Origin: Klebsiella pneumoniae
GTDB lineage: Bacteria > Pseudomonadota > Gammaproteobacteria > Burkholderiales > UBA3065
NCBI GenBank assembly: GCA_945897555.1
Contig: CAMDGF010000001.1
Location: 54,866-118,865 of the forward strand
Length of the DNA stretch: 64,000 nucleotides
Reading direction: 5' to 3'
The translations under genes were made by a program, and so were the position numbers. Shown here in pieces: positions 23,275 to 33,519 of the stretch (position 1 is the stretch's first letter; each line of letters starts with the position of its first letter). The notes beneath the pieces were generated by a model. The model was not told the origin of the DNA and made no database searches. It saw only the letters and a program-made list of their open reading frames with translations.

Positions 23275-26200
23275 TCAGGCCGCCAGCGCCCGGCACAGAT
23301 CGCGCACCAAGCGCGCGCGCTCAGCCATCGGCACCACCGGGATCGGCAGGCGGACGCGGTCGGCGCCCATGAAGCGCGCGCCGCGATGCTTCTGCACCAG
23401 TTCCATCAGCCGCGCCGGGTCGACTGCGGTATCGGCGCGGAACTGCAAGGACAATGCCTCCTCGGAGGCATCGAGCTTGAGGATGCCGAGCCCGCTGCAG
23501 GCCAGCCGCAGGCGGTGGCACTCGAGCAGTGCCTGCGCCGGCTCGGGCAGCTGCCCGAAACGGTCCACCAGCTCCTCGTGCAGCTGCTCCAGCGCATCCT
23601 CCGACTCACAGTTGGCCAAGCGCTTGTAGAGGATCAGGCGCTGGTGGGTGTCGCCGCAGTAGTCCTCGGGCAGCAGTGCCGGCACGTGCAGGCGGATCTC
23701 GGTGGTGACTGCCAGCGGCGCCTCGAGGTCGGGCTCGCGACCGGCCTTGAGCGAGCGCACCGCGGCGTTGAGCATCTCGATGTACATGCCAAAGCCCACT
23801 TCCTGCATCTGCCCGGACTGGTTGTCACCCAGCACCTCACCCGCACCGCGGATCTCGAGGTCGTGCATGGCCAGGTAGAAGCCCGAGCCGAGCTCTTCCA
23901 TGGCTTGGATCGCCTCGAGACGCTTCTTCGCCGCGGCCGACAGACTCTCGTCGCCGGCGGTGAGCAGGTAGGCATAGGCCTGATGGTGGCTGCGCCCCAC
24001 TCTCCCGCGCAACTGGTGCAGCTGGGCCAGGCCAAAGCGGTCCGCCCGGTTGATGAGGATGGTGTTGGCGGTCGGCACGTCGATGCCGGTCTCGATGATG
24101 GTGGTGCACAGCAGCAGGTTGTGGCGCTGGTGGTAGAAATCGCGCATCACCTGCTCGAGTTCACGCTCCGCCATCTGCCCGTGCGCCACGCCGATGCGCG
24201 CCTCGGGCAGCATCTGCACGAGCTTGTCGCGCATGTGCTGGATGGTGTCGACCTCGTTGTGCAGGACGTATACCTGCCCGCCGCGCTTGAGCTCGCGCAG
24301 CACTGCCTCGCGGATGTGGCCCTCGCTGTAGGGCACCACCAGCGTCTTGATAGCGAGCCGCCGCTGCGGCGCGGTGGCGATGACCGAGAAGTCGCGCAGG
24401 CCCTCCAGGCTCATCGCCAGCGTGCGCGGGATGGGCGTGGCGGTGAGGGTGAGGACGTCGACCTCGGCGCGCAGGCTCTTGAGCGCCTCCTTCTGCCGCA
24501 CGCCGAAGCGGTGCTCCTCGTCGATGATGACGAGGCCCAGATTCTTGAACTTGACGTCCTTCTGCACCAGCCGGTGGGTGCCGATGATGAGGTCGATGCT
24601 GCCCTCGGCCAAGCCTTTGAGCGCTGCGGCCTGCTCTTTGGCGGTGCGGAAGCGCGACAGCTCGGCGACGCGGATCGGCCACTCGGCCAAGCGGTCGGAG
24701 AAGTTCTGGAAGTGCTGCTCGGCCAGCAAGGTGGTGGGCACCAGCACCGCCACCTGGTAGCCGGCCATGAGCGCGATGAAGGCCGCGCGCATGGCGACCT
24801 CGGTCTTGCCAAAGCCCACATCACCGCAGACCAGCCGGTCCATCGGCCGGCCGCTGGTGAGGTCCTGCAGCACGGCACCGATGGCGGCAGCCTGATCGGG
24901 CGTCTCCTCGAAGCCGAAGCCCTCGGCAAACACGGCGTAGTCGTGTGCGGCCAAGGGGAAGGCGCGGCCCTCGCGGGCGGCGCGCTGGGCATACAAGTTG
25001 AGCAGCTCGGCAGCAGTGTCGCGCACGTTCTTGGCGGCGCGGCGTTTGGCCTTCTCCCACTGGCCGGAGCCGAGCTTGTGCCACGGTGCCGATTCGGGCG
25101 GCCCGCCGGTGTAGCGCGACACCACGTGCAGTTGCGATACGGGCACATAGAGCGTGTCGCCGCCGGCGTATTCGATGTGCAGGAACTCGGCCGGGCCCTC
25201 ACCCACATCCGCGCTGACCAGACCGCGGTAGCGCCCCACCCCGTGCGACTCGTGCACCACAGGGTCGCCGGTGCGCAACTCGCTCAGGTCGCGCAGCATA
25301 CCCTCGGCGTTGCGACGGGCGTCGTCGCGGCGGCGCGTCTGCCGCACCTGCGCGGCGTAGAGCTCGGCCTCGGTGACGATGGCGATGCCGGCATCGGCAT
25401 CCAGCCAGCCCTGCGCCAGGGGGCCGGCGGTGATGCAGAGCGCCGGCGCACGGTGTGCCGCATCGCCCATCACCTCGGCAAAGGCCGCCCAGCCGTCGAC
25501 CGGCGTTGCGCGCAGACCATGCTCGGCCATCAGCTGCGACAGCGTCTCGCGGCGGCCAGCCGATTCGGCCACCACCAGCACGCGGCCACCAAAGCCTGCG
25601 ACGAAGCGCTTGAGCGCGCCGAGCGGGTCGTCGGCGCGACGGTCGATGACCAGGCTCGGGAGCGTCGGTAGCACATCGGCAGCCGCAGGCTCGGGTGCTG
25701 TGCCGCCCGATGCACCCGCCGCAGACGGCGCCGGTATGCGCACCTGCGGCCGCTTGCCGAGCCCGGCGAACAGCGCCTCGGCGGTGAGGAAGATCTCGCC
25801 CGGCGGCAACAGGGGCCGCTCGGCATCGCCGCGAAAGAGGTCATGGCGCGACCGGGTATCACGCCAGAACGCCTCGGCAGCGGCGTGCACGTCATGGTGC
25901 AGCACCACGGTGGCATCGGCCGGCAGGTAGTCCGCCAGCGTGGCGAGCTCGTCGAAGAACAGCGGCAGGTAGTACTCGATGCCGGGGGGCGCCACGCCGT
26001 TGCTCACATCCTTGTAGATGCGCGAGCGGCTCGGATCGCCCTCCATGCGCTCGCGATAGCGGCTACGGAAGGCGGTGCGGGCGGCATCGTCAAGCGGGAA
26101 CTCGCGTGCCGGCAGAAGTCGGACCTCAGGCACCGGATAGATGGTGCGCTGCGTCTCCGGGTCGAAGGTGCGGATCGACTCGATCTCGTCGTCGAACAGG

Positions 26201-26733
26201 TCGATGCGGTAGGGCACCGCACTGCCCATCGGGAACAGGTCGATGAGATTGCCGCGCAAGCAGAACTCGCCGGGTGAGAGCACCTGGCTCATGTGCGTGT
26301 AGCCCGCCACGGTGAGTTGCTCGCGCAGCTTCTGCTCGTCCAGGCGGCCGCCTTTCTTGAGGAAGAAGGTGCGCGCGGCCACATAGCTGACCGGCGAGAG
26401 ACGGACCATGGCGGTGGTCACCGGCACGATCAACACATCACACTGACCTTGGCTGCTCTGGTAGAGCGCCGCCAGCCGGTCGGAGACGAGGTCGGGGTGC
26501 GGCGACAGGGTGTCGTAAGGCAAGGTCTCCCAATCCGCCAGGAGGTTCACGCGCAAGCCTGCGTCGAACCAGTGCACCTCATCGCAGAGCCGTTGCGCGT
26601 CGAGGCCGGTCGCGGTCAACACCATCAGGCGGCGCGCGCGCGCCAGCCGCGCGATGGCCAGCGCATCGGCGGAGCCGGGCAGCGCCGGCCAGCCGGCGCT
26701 GCGGCCGGCTTGAGGGGTGGGGAGGTCGCGCAT
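23275..26733 (-). CDS. mfd: transcription-repair coupling factor
   Basis: 1152 aa. UvrB-homology N-terminus and superfamily-2 helicase motifs (GDVGFGKTE, DEEHRFGV, QLHQLRGRVGR). Confidence 0.95.
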   Translation of the reverse strand: MRDLPTPQAGRSAGWPALPGSADALAIARLARARRLMVLTATGLDAQRLCDEVHWFDAGLRVNLLADWETLPYDTLSPHPDLVSDRLAALYQSSQGQCDVLIVPVTTAMVRLSPVSYVAARTFFLKKGGRLDEQKLREQLTVAGYTHMSQVLSPGEFCLRGNLIDLFPMGSAVPYRIDLFDDEIESIRTFDPETQRTIYPVPEVRLLPAREFPLDDAARTAFRSRYRERMEGDPSRSRIYKDVSNGVAPPGIEYYLPLFFDELATLADYLPADATVVLHHDVHAAAEAFWRDTRSRHDLFRGDAERPLLPPGEIFLTAEALFAGLGKRPQVRIPAPSAAGASGGTAPEPAAADVLPTLPSLVIDRRADDPLGALKRFVAGFGGRVLVVAESAGRRETLSQLMAEHGLRATPVDGWAAFAEVMGDAAHRAPALCITAGPLAQGWLDADAGIAIVTEAELYAAQVRQTRRRDDARRNAEGMLRDLSELRTGDPVVHESHGVGRYRGLVSADVGEGPAEFLHIEYAGGDTLYVPVSQLHVVSRYTGGPPESAPWHKLGSGQWEKAKRRAAKNVRDTAAELLNLYAQRAAREGRAFPLAAHDYAVFAEGFGFEETPDQAAAIGAVLQDLTSGRPMDRLVCGDVGFGKTEVAMRAAFIALMAGYQVAVLVPTTLLAEQHFQNFSDRLAEWPIRVAELSRFRTAKEQAAALKGLAEGSIDLIIGTHRLVQKDVKFKNLGLVIIDEEHRFGVRQKEALKSLRAEVDVLTLTATPIPRTLAMSLEGLRDFSVIATAPQRRLAIKTLVVPYSEGHIREAVLRELKRGGQVYVLHNEVDTIQHMRDKLVQMLPEARIGVAHGQMAERELEQVMRDFYHQRHNLLLCTTIIETGIDVPTANTILINRADRFGLAQLHQLRGRVGRSHHQAYAYLLTAGDESLSAAAKKRLEAIQAMEELGSGFYLAMHDLEIRGAGEVLGDNQSGQMQEVGFGMYIEMLNAAVRSLKAGREPDLEAPLAVTTEIRLHVPALLPEDYCGDTHQRLILYKRLANCESEDALEQLHEELVDRFGQLPEPAQALLECHRLRLACSGLGILKLDASEEALSLQFRADTAVDPARLMELVQKHRGARFMGADRVRLPIPVVPMAERARLVRDLCRALAA

Positions 26734-26792
26734 GCGGCGCGGATTATAGTCCGCGCCCCCTGCAGAGATGGGTGTTGCGGAGCCCGCGGGGC

Positions 26793-27356
26793 TCAGTGCT
26801 CCGGCCCCTCGGCGTGGGACCCCGGCAGCGACTCACCGATGGCATCGTGCAAAGCCTGATTGCGCGCGATCACCTCCTTGCGCAGCTCGCGACGCATCTG
26901 CGCAGCCTTGAACAGACGTCGCTCGGCCTCGGTCTCGAGGATGAGGGGAGGCGCCGCCCTCGGCTTGCCGTCGTCACCCATGCACACCATGGTGAAGTAG
27001 CAGCTGTTGGTGTGTCGCTTGATCTGCGTCTTGAGGTTCTCGGCGACCACTTTCACGCCGATCTCGAGCGAAGAGCTGCCGACGTAGTTGACGTGGGCGA
27101 GAACGGTCATCAGCTCACCGACATGGATCGGCTCCTTGAAGAAGACATGGTCGAGCGACACCGTCACGCAGTAGCTCTTGCAGTAGCGGGCCGCGCAAGC
27201 GTATGCCACCTGATCGAGCAGCTTGAGCAGAGACCCTCCATGCACGCGCCCGGAAAAATTGGCCATATCGGGTGTGGCCAATTGCGTCATGTGCAGGGTC
27301 TTCTCCTGCGCCGATGTATTCACCGGCTCCAGCGGCGGGGTCTGATGGCTGCTCAT
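26793..27356 (-). CDS. acyl-CoA thioesterase (hotdog fold, YciA-like)
   Basis: Start at MSSHQ. GRVHGGSLLKLLDQVAYACA motif. Confidence 0.8.
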   Translation of the reverse strand: MSSHQTPPLEPVNTSAQEKTLHMTQLATPDMANFSGRVHGGSLLKLLDQVAYACAARYCKSYCVTVSLDHVFFKEPIHVGELMTVLAHVNYVGSSSLEIGVKVVAENLKTQIKRHTNSCYFTMVCMGDDGKPRAAPPLILETEAERRLFKAAQMRRELRKEVIARNQALHDAIGESLPGSHAEGPEH

Positions 27357-27446
27357 GCGGATCCTCGGGGTGGTGGCGCGCGCACGCGAGTCTGTCAATG
27401 TAGCCAGCCGGCACTGCGGCTGCAATCGCGATGCGACCCTGTGGCC

Positions 27447-28073
27447 TCAGCGACGATCTGCGCAATCGATGGCTTGGCCCTTGGCCGGTCGATGGGTGCG
27501 ACGCCACTCCCACGGCGGCTGCGGCTCGCCTGCCCATATCCCGACCCGGCCGTCCCGGGCCTCCCGCCAAGCCACCTCGTAGGCCTCACGCAGGTCCGCG
27601 GGAGCGCTCTCGAGATAGCGCTTAAGGCGCCACCCCAGGCCATGACGAACCAGCAGCACGCCCAGATCCTGCCCCGCCACCTCGATACTGGCGACCGTAC
27701 GGCCATAGCGGTCCTCGCCGTGTGTCCGCATGATGACCTCGACACCGCAGACCCGCGCCGCGACGAACTCACGCGCCTCCGCCCCACCGTCCTGACCCGA
27801 CTCCGGGGTATCGACACCCAGCAAGCGCAACGTCAGCGGGCCACCGTCCTCATGAACAAAGCGCAGCGTATCGCCATCGACCACGCGCTCGACCCGCCCT
27901 GCCGTGCCCGCCGCAGAGGGGCCTGCGTGCGTTTCGGTGCCGGAGGTGGCCTCGAGCCACCACAACCCCGCCAGCAGCAGCAGGCTCCACCGGGACAGCC
28001 GCCCCGGCCAGCGCGCAAACCCTGCAAAGTCAGCTTCTACAGGCCTATTCGATTTCAACTTGATCTGGAACAA
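27447..28073 (-). CDS. secreted thermonuclease (SNase) family protein
   Basis: VVDGDTL..LRLLGVDTPE and DRYGR..A..V motifs. Hydrophobic N-terminal segment. The start is uncertain because it lies in a low-GC patch. Confidence 0.7.
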   Translation of the reverse strand: MFQIKLKSNRPVEADFAGFARWPGRLSRWSLLLLAGLWWLEATSGTETHAGPSAAGTAGRVERVVDGDTLRFVHEDGGPLTLRLLGVDTPESGQDGGAEAREFVAARVCGVEVIMRTHGEDRYGRTVASIEVAGQDLGVLLVRHGLGWRLKRYLESAPADLREAYEVAWREARDGRVGIWAGEPQPPWEWRRTHRPAKGQAIDCADRR

Positions 28074-28215
28074 ATCTTATTCTCAGTTTTTTGTCATACA
28101 GCCTATTTTTGAACTGGCGCTGGTGGTAAACTAGGCCAAATTAATTTGTCAACGTGTTTTTTACATACGCTCTAGATGTCATTCCAAAGATTCCTATAAA
28201 GGGGCAAACCACGCC

Positions 28216-28578
28216 ATGAAAAATACATTTGTCCGTTTCACCAACCTGGTCCAAAAGCTGTACGCCGAACAGCCGGCAGCGTCGGCCGAAGTCGACTCCC
28301 TGCTCGCCCACATCTATGAGCAGAACGACGCTCGCGTGCCAGTCTGCATCACCGATCTGGTTCGCGCCGAACGCTTCGGCACCCTGCCAACGCTGAGCAA
28401 GCGCCTGCAAGACATGGAGAAACGCGGCCTGATCAAGGTGGCTACCGGCGCCGACCGTCGCACCCGGCTGGTCGAAGTGGCCAGTGGCGGTGTGGAGGTT
28501 TTGGAGAACCGCGCCAAGTTGCTGAGCGAGGCGGCAGCAGCAGCCGACCGCCAACGCAAGCCAGCCAAGGCGGCCTGA
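28216..28578 (+). CDS. small winged-helix (MarR-like) transcriptional regulator
   Basis: 120 aa. ITDLVRAERFGTLPTLSKRLQDMEKRGLI resembles an HTH plus wing. Confidence 0.6.
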   Translation: MKNTFVRFTNLVQKLYAEQPAASAEVDSLLAHIYEQNDARVPVCITDLVRAERFGTLPTLSKRLQDMEKRGLIKVATGADRRTRLVEVASGGVEVLENRAKLLSEAAAAADRQRKPAKAA

Positions 28579-28582
28579 GCCC

Positions 28583-29869
28583 CTAGATGGCGCGCCCTGC
28601 TTCGAGCAGGGCATCGACCCACGCGACCTGACGCGGCAGACAGACCGTACTCAGGTCGTAGTGGGACACCGCGAAATCCCGCGCGGTGGCCCCCAGCCTG
28701 GCGCGCTGAGGAGCGTCGGCGCAAAGCTCGGCGACTGTCCCGGCCAATGCAGCCGCATCGAAGAAATCCACCAGCCGGCCCGTCTGCCCATCGACGATCG
28801 CCTCGCGCAAGGGTGCTGTGTCGCTTGCCACGATGGCACAACCGACGCTCATCGACTCCAGCAACGACCAACTCAGCACGAACGGATACGTGAGGTAGAC
28901 GTGTACCGTGCTCACCTGCAAGAGACGGATGAAGTCGGGGTAGGCCAGCTGCCCGGCAAAGTGGATGCGCGCACGCTGGCTCAGCGTCATGCGGCTGCGC
29001 ACCTCATCGATGAAAGTGGCTTTCCAGGTACCCTTGGCCGGGCGCGCGCCATAACTCACATCGTCACCCCCAACGATCACCACCTGCGCCCGCGGCCTTG
29101 ACTCGAGCAGCGCCGGCAGTGCGCGCATGAAGATGTGGTAGCCACGGTAGGGCTCGAGGTTGCGGTTGACGAAGGTGATGACCTCGTCGGTGCGCGTCAG
29201 CGACAAGGGCCGCGATGGGGCCACACCACTCGCCTCGGCGATGCCGTGCACGGTGATGGCCACGCTGGCCGCAGCATGCGGCGCAAGGTTGGCAGTGTCG
29301 ATGCCGTCATGGACGACGCTGATGCGGGAGCGGAACGGTTCGGGAAAGGTGCTGGCTTGCCACTCGGTGGGCGACAAGCCGGCATCAGCTTGGCCAAAGT
29401 GCAGCAGGTTGTTGAGGTTCTTCAGGCGCAGGCGACAGATATCCCCCGGATCGTGGCTGGGAAACTCAGGATAAAAGCCGGTATCTGCTCCGCTGGGTTG
29501 GTAATAGAACTCGCAGTACACACCCAGCCGCGTAGTCGGCCAGACATCCTTGAGAAACAGCGTCTCGCCCCAGCCATGATGGGCGATCACGGCATCCGGC
29601 GTGTAACCCTGCTCGCGCAGTTGCAGTGCCCGGCGAAAAAAAGCCTCGCCGCGGATCACCTTGGTCTCGAAGTCCGACACCCACGGGTGGATGCCCTGAG
29701 TGCTGCCACGACTGATCGGGTATGGCACGAGGCGCACGCCGTTCCACTCCGGCGGTGGCGACTTTTGCAGAGTCGTGGCGGTCACACGGTGCCCACGCCG
29801 AACCAGCGCCGGCGCGAGGTGCTTGAACTGTCCGGGAAAGTTCTGGTGGACGAGGAGGATGTTGGCCAT
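28583..29869 (-). CDS. glycosyltransferase, GT4/group-1 family
   Basis: Start at MANILLVHQNFPGQFKH. The C-terminal region has the E-x7-E-like GT-B signature (LLESMSVGCAIVASD). Confidence 0.8.
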   Translation of the reverse strand: MANILLVHQNFPGQFKHLAPALVRRGHRVTATTLQKSPPPEWNGVRLVPYPISRGSTQGIHPWVSDFETKVIRGEAFFRRALQLREQGYTPDAVIAHHGWGETLFLKDVWPTTRLGVYCEFYYQPSGADTGFYPEFPSHDPGDICRLRLKNLNNLLHFGQADAGLSPTEWQASTFPEPFRSRISVVHDGIDTANLAPHAAASVAITVHGIAEASGVAPSRPLSLTRTDEVITFVNRNLEPYRGYHIFMRALPALLESRPRAQVVIVGGDDVSYGARPAKGTWKATFIDEVRSRMTLSQRARIHFAGQLAYPDFIRLLQVSTVHVYLTYPFVLSWSLLESMSVGCAIVASDTAPLREAIVDGQTGRLVDFFDAAALAGTVAELCADAPQRARLGATARDFAVSHYDLSTVCLPRQVAWVDALLEAGRAI

Positions 29870-30093
29870 CTGCAGCGATCTGGTACGGGGCGGACACCCC
29901 AAGTTGCGACGAGTCTATAGCGTTGCGCGCCGGCCGTTGAAGTACGGGCGCGACTCGCCAGTCCATGCGCTGCAGCGGGCAGTCGCCTGCCAGGTGCACG
30001 GTTCGGGCGCGTCTGGACCATTGATCGAGCTCAACGCTCACCAGCCGCGGAGTTCGTAGATTAGGCGTACCCGCCAGCCAGGAGACCCTACCG

Positions 30094-30507
30094 ATGGACC
30101 GACTGACCCGTTTCGACCCGTTTGCCGACCTGGATGACATGTTCCGTGGCCTGATGCTGCGGCCTATCCGTCTTGAGGCCCCCTCACCGCAGATCCGCAT
30201 CGACGTCACCGAGAACGATGGCGCCTACACCGTGCATGCGGAGATACCCGGCGTAAAGAGGGACGAGATCCGCGTCGATGTCGATGGCAACACCATCTCG
30301 ATCGCCGCTGAGGTCCACCGCGAGAAGGACGAGAAGGGCGACCGCATGATCCGCTGCGAGCGCTCGTGCGGTTCGATGACGCGCACCTTCACACTGCCGC
30401 ACGAAGTCGATCAGGTGGGTGCCAAGGCGCACTACAGTGACGGCGTACTCGAACTCACCCTGCCCAAGCGGTCGCGCTCACGGCCGAGCGCCATCGCCAT
30501 CCAGTGA
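30094..30507 (+). CDS. small heat-shock protein, Hsp20/alpha-crystallin family
   Basis: 137 aa with an alpha-crystallin domain (AYTVHAEIPGVKRDEIRVDVDGNTISI...GVLELTLPK). Confidence 0.9.
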   Translation: MDRLTRFDPFADLDDMFRGLMLRPIRLEAPSPQIRIDVTENDGAYTVHAEIPGVKRDEIRVDVDGNTISIAAEVHREKDEKGDRMIRCERSCGSMTRTFTLPHEVDQVGAKAHYSDGVLELTLPKRSRSRPSAIAIQ

Positions 30508-30511
30508 GCGC

Positions 30512-32095
30512 TCAGTTGCCGTAGCGAGCGGCGATGGGGTAGCGCCAGTCTTTGCCGAATCCCCTCGGCGTGACACGGGGCCCCACCGCCGCCTGTCGGC
30601 GCTTGTACTCATTGATTCGGATCAGCCTGACCACGCGCTCGACATCCGCCAAGGCATATCCAGCCGCCACGATGGCGTCCGGCGATCGGTCCTGCTCGAC
30701 ATAGAGCGCCATGATCGCGTCCAGAACGTCGTAGGGCGGAAGGCTGTCCTGATCGGTCTGGCCCGGCTTGAGCTCGGCACTCGGCGGCCGCGTGATGATG
30801 CGCCGCGGGATCACATCCGACTGTGTGTTGCGCCACTCGGCCAGCCGGTAGACGAGCGTCTTGGCGACATCCCGCAGCACCGCGTAACCGCCTGCCATGT
30901 CGCCATAGAGCGTGGCGTAGCCCACCGCCATCTCGCTCTTGTTACCGGTGGTGAGCACCAGCCGTCCTGACTTGTTGGAGAGCGCCATCAGCAACGTGCC
31001 GCGGCTGCGTGCCTGCAGGTTCTCCTCGGTGGTGTCGGCCGCCGAGCCAGCGAAGGCGGGCTCCAACGCACGCTCGAACTGCGCCGTGATGTCGCCGATG
31101 GCGATCTCGCGGTAGGCCACGCCAAGCCGCGCCACCATGTCGCGCGAATCGATCACAGAGATGTCGGCGGTGTAGCGCGACGGCATCATCACCGCCCCGA
31201 CCCGCTCCGGCCCGAGCGCGTCCACAGCGATGGCCAATGTCACCGCCGAATCGATGCCGCCACTCAAGCCGAGCAACACACCAGGGAAACCGCACTTGCG
31301 CACGTAGTCGCGCACCGCCAGCACGAGGACCTGCCACACCTGTTCCTCGAGGCTCGCGATGTCGGGCGCATCACCCGGACGGTCGGGGTCGATCACCGCG
31401 ACCGACTCGGTACAGGCTGGGAGGCGGTGCATGACGCGGCCATCGGCCGCCATCGTCAGACTGCCGCCATCGAACACCAACTCGTCCTGACCACCCACTG
31501 CGTTGAGATAGACCAGCGGCAGACCGTTCTCGGCAACGCGCTGACGCAGCACCTCGACACGTTGATGCGGCTTGTCGAGGTGGTAGGGAGAGGCATTGAG
31601 CACAACGATGCGCCGCGCCCCGGCCAGCCGCAGGTCGGCCGCTACATCCGGCTGCCAGATGTCTTCGCAGATGGCGATGCCGATGCGCTCGCCAGCCACC
31701 TCGATCACTGTTGCTGCACGCCCGGGCGCAAAATACCGCTTCTCGTCGAACACCTCGGCGTTGGGCAGATGTCGCTTGTGTGCGGTCGCCTGCACCCGCC
31801 CCCCGTCGAGCAGCGACGCTGCATTGAACAGCAAGCCCCCTTGCCGCTGAGGATGGCCGACCACCAGTGGCAGTGGCGCTTCGCCTGCCAGCTGTGCAAG
31901 CCGCAAGTCGCAAGCGTCGAGAAAATGGCCGCGCAACAGCAGGTCCTCTGGCGGATAGCCGGTGAGCGCCAGCTCCGGGGTGAGCAGCAGGTCGGCACCG
32001 CGCGCTGCGGCATCCTGTGCCGCAGCAAGGATGCGGGCGCTGTTGCCGGCGAGGTCGCCGATGGTGGGGTTGATCTGGGCGAGGCCGATGCGCAT
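30512..32095 (-). CDS. nadE: glutamine-dependent NAD+ synthetase
   Basis: Start at MRIGLAQINPTIGD (the track ORF extends 432 nt further upstream). N-terminal nitrilase domain plus SGGIDS ATP-pyrophosphatase motif. Confidence 0.9.
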   Translation of the reverse strand: MRIGLAQINPTIGDLAGNSARILAAAQDAAARGADLLLTPELALTGYPPEDLLLRGHFLDACDLRLAQLAGEAPLPLVVGHPQRQGGLLFNAASLLDGGRVQATAHKRHLPNAEVFDEKRYFAPGRAATVIEVAGERIGIAICEDIWQPDVAADLRLAGARRIVVLNASPYHLDKPHQRVEVLRQRVAENGLPLVYLNAVGGQDELVFDGGSLTMAADGRVMHRLPACTESVAVIDPDRPGDAPDIASLEEQVWQVLVLAVRDYVRKCGFPGVLLGLSGGIDSAVTLAIAVDALGPERVGAVMMPSRYTADISVIDSRDMVARLGVAYREIAIGDITAQFERALEPAFAGSAADTTEENLQARSRGTLLMALSNKSGRLVLTTGNKSEMAVGYATLYGDMAGGYAVLRDVAKTLVYRLAEWRNTQSDVIPRRIITRPPSAELKPGQTDQDSLPPYDVLDAIMALYVEQDRSPDAIVAAGYALADVERVVRLIRINEYKRRQAAVGPRVTPRGFGKDWRYPIAARYGN

Positions 32096-32245
32096 GTCCG
32101 CCAGTGTAGCGAACCCGAGCCCCGCCGCACCCCGATCACCACGCACCACCCCGCGGGCCGACGCCGCCGCTGCGCGCACCGACGCGCGACCCGCTGGACG
32201 CGTTCTTTGCCCACAATGAAGCCCTGATACGTCAAGAAGACCCCC

Positions 32246-33439
32246 GTGACCCAGCCAGCTGCCATGGCCCCGAGCGCGCCCGCCGATGCGGACGCCGATG
32301 GTGACAACAGCCCGCGCCTGCGGCTTGAGGTGCTCGACCGTCTGGCTGCCCTGCCACCGGCTTGGGACACGCTCGCCGGTCCCAACATCTGGCTGTCGCG
32401 CGGCTTCCTGCTGGCGCTCGAGGGGAGTGGCTGCGTCGGCCCCGGCACCGGCTGGGAACCACGCTTCCTGCTGGCATGGCGGGGCGCCGCACTGGCCGGT
32501 GCGCTGCCGCTCTGGCTCAAGACGCACTCCTATGGCGAGTACGTGTTCGATGGGTCGTGGGCCCGTGCCTACCAGCAGAACGGCCTGCCCTACTACCCCA
32601 AACTCGTCTCTGCCATTCCGTTCACACCGGCCACCGGCCCACGCCTGCTCGCCACCACGCCAGAGGCCGCCGCCTTTTTGCTAGCCGCCGTCGAGGCCTG
32701 GCTCGAAGCCGGCGCGGTGTCCTCGGCGCACATCCTGTTTCCAGCGGCTGCTGAGCAACCGGCTTGGCTGGGCGCGGGCTATCTGCTGCGCGAGGGCATC
32801 CAGTTCCACTGGCAACACCGAGGCGAGGCCGACTTCGAGGCGCTGCTGATGAACCTCACGCGCGACAAGCGCAAGCACATCCGCCAAGAGCGCCGCCGTG
32901 TACAAGAGGCCGGCGTGCACTTTCGCATCGAGACCGGCGCCACCGCCAATACCAGCGATTGGCATCTGTTCGCTGCCTGCTACGCCCGCACCTACGCCGA
33001 GCATCACTCCGCTCCCTATCTCAACGCAGATTTCTTCTGCCGCTGGGCAGCGGCCTGCCCGGAGGCAGCGGTGCTGTTCATCGCCGAGATCGATGGCCAA
33101 GCCATCGCCGCCAGCCTGTGCGCACGTCAGGGTGATGTGTTGTACGGCCGTTACTGGGGTGCGCTCGCTCACCTGCCCTGCCTGCACTTCGAGGCTTGCT
33201 ATTACCAGCCACTGGAGTGGGCGATCACCCACGGCATCCGCCGCTTTGAAGGTGGCGCACAGGGCGAGCACAAACAGTCGCGCGGCCTCGAGCCGGTGGT
33301 CACGCGCTCCTTCCATCGCATCGCCGACCCCCGATTCGGTCGCGCCATCGAGGACTTTCTGCGTCGCGAACGCGCAGGGGTGGCCGACTACGCCGAAGAA
33401 CTGCTCTCCCACTCAGCCTACCGCGTGCAATCCCTTTGA
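32246..33439 (+). CDS. DUF482 / FemAB-like GNAT-fold acyltransferase family protein
   Basis: 397 aa. KTHSYGEYVFD and NLTRDKRKHIRQERR motifs are recalled as DUF482. GTG start uncertain. Confidence 0.7.
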   Translation: MTQPAAMAPSAPADADADGDNSPRLRLEVLDRLAALPPAWDTLAGPNIWLSRGFLLALEGSGCVGPGTGWEPRFLLAWRGAALAGALPLWLKTHSYGEYVFDGSWARAYQQNGLPYYPKLVSAIPFTPATGPRLLATTPEAAAFLLAAVEAWLEAGAVSSAHILFPAAAEQPAWLGAGYLLREGIQFHWQHRGEADFEALLMNLTRDKRKHIRQERRRVQEAGVHFRIETGATANTSDWHLFAACYARTYAEHHSAPYLNADFFCRWAAACPEAAVLFIAEIDGQAIAASLCARQGDVLYGRYWGALAHLPCLHFEACYYQPLEWAITHGIRRFEGGAQGEHKQSRGLEPVVTRSFHRIADPRFGRAIEDFLRRERAGVADYAEELLSHSAYRVQSL

Positions 33440-33519
33440 TCTGGCGCAAACCCAAAGCGTCCGTGTGGCCGGAGACTACACAGACTATCGATAAGAAGAC
33501 AGCTGACGGAGAACAAACC

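Noticed and set aside
23254-25671. 805-aa plus-strand ORF
   Set aside because: It is antisense to mfd, which has unmistakable helicase motifs. Its composition (Ala/Arg/Gly/His/Leu-rich, no motifs) is typical of stop-poor antisense frames in GC-rich DNA.
29936-29964. Sigma-32-like TTGAA...CCAGTCCAT, or a ROSE thermometer, upstream of hsp20
   Set aside because: The spacing (about 18 nt) and the -10 match are poor. No anti-SD UUGCU-type pairing partner for the SD was visible.
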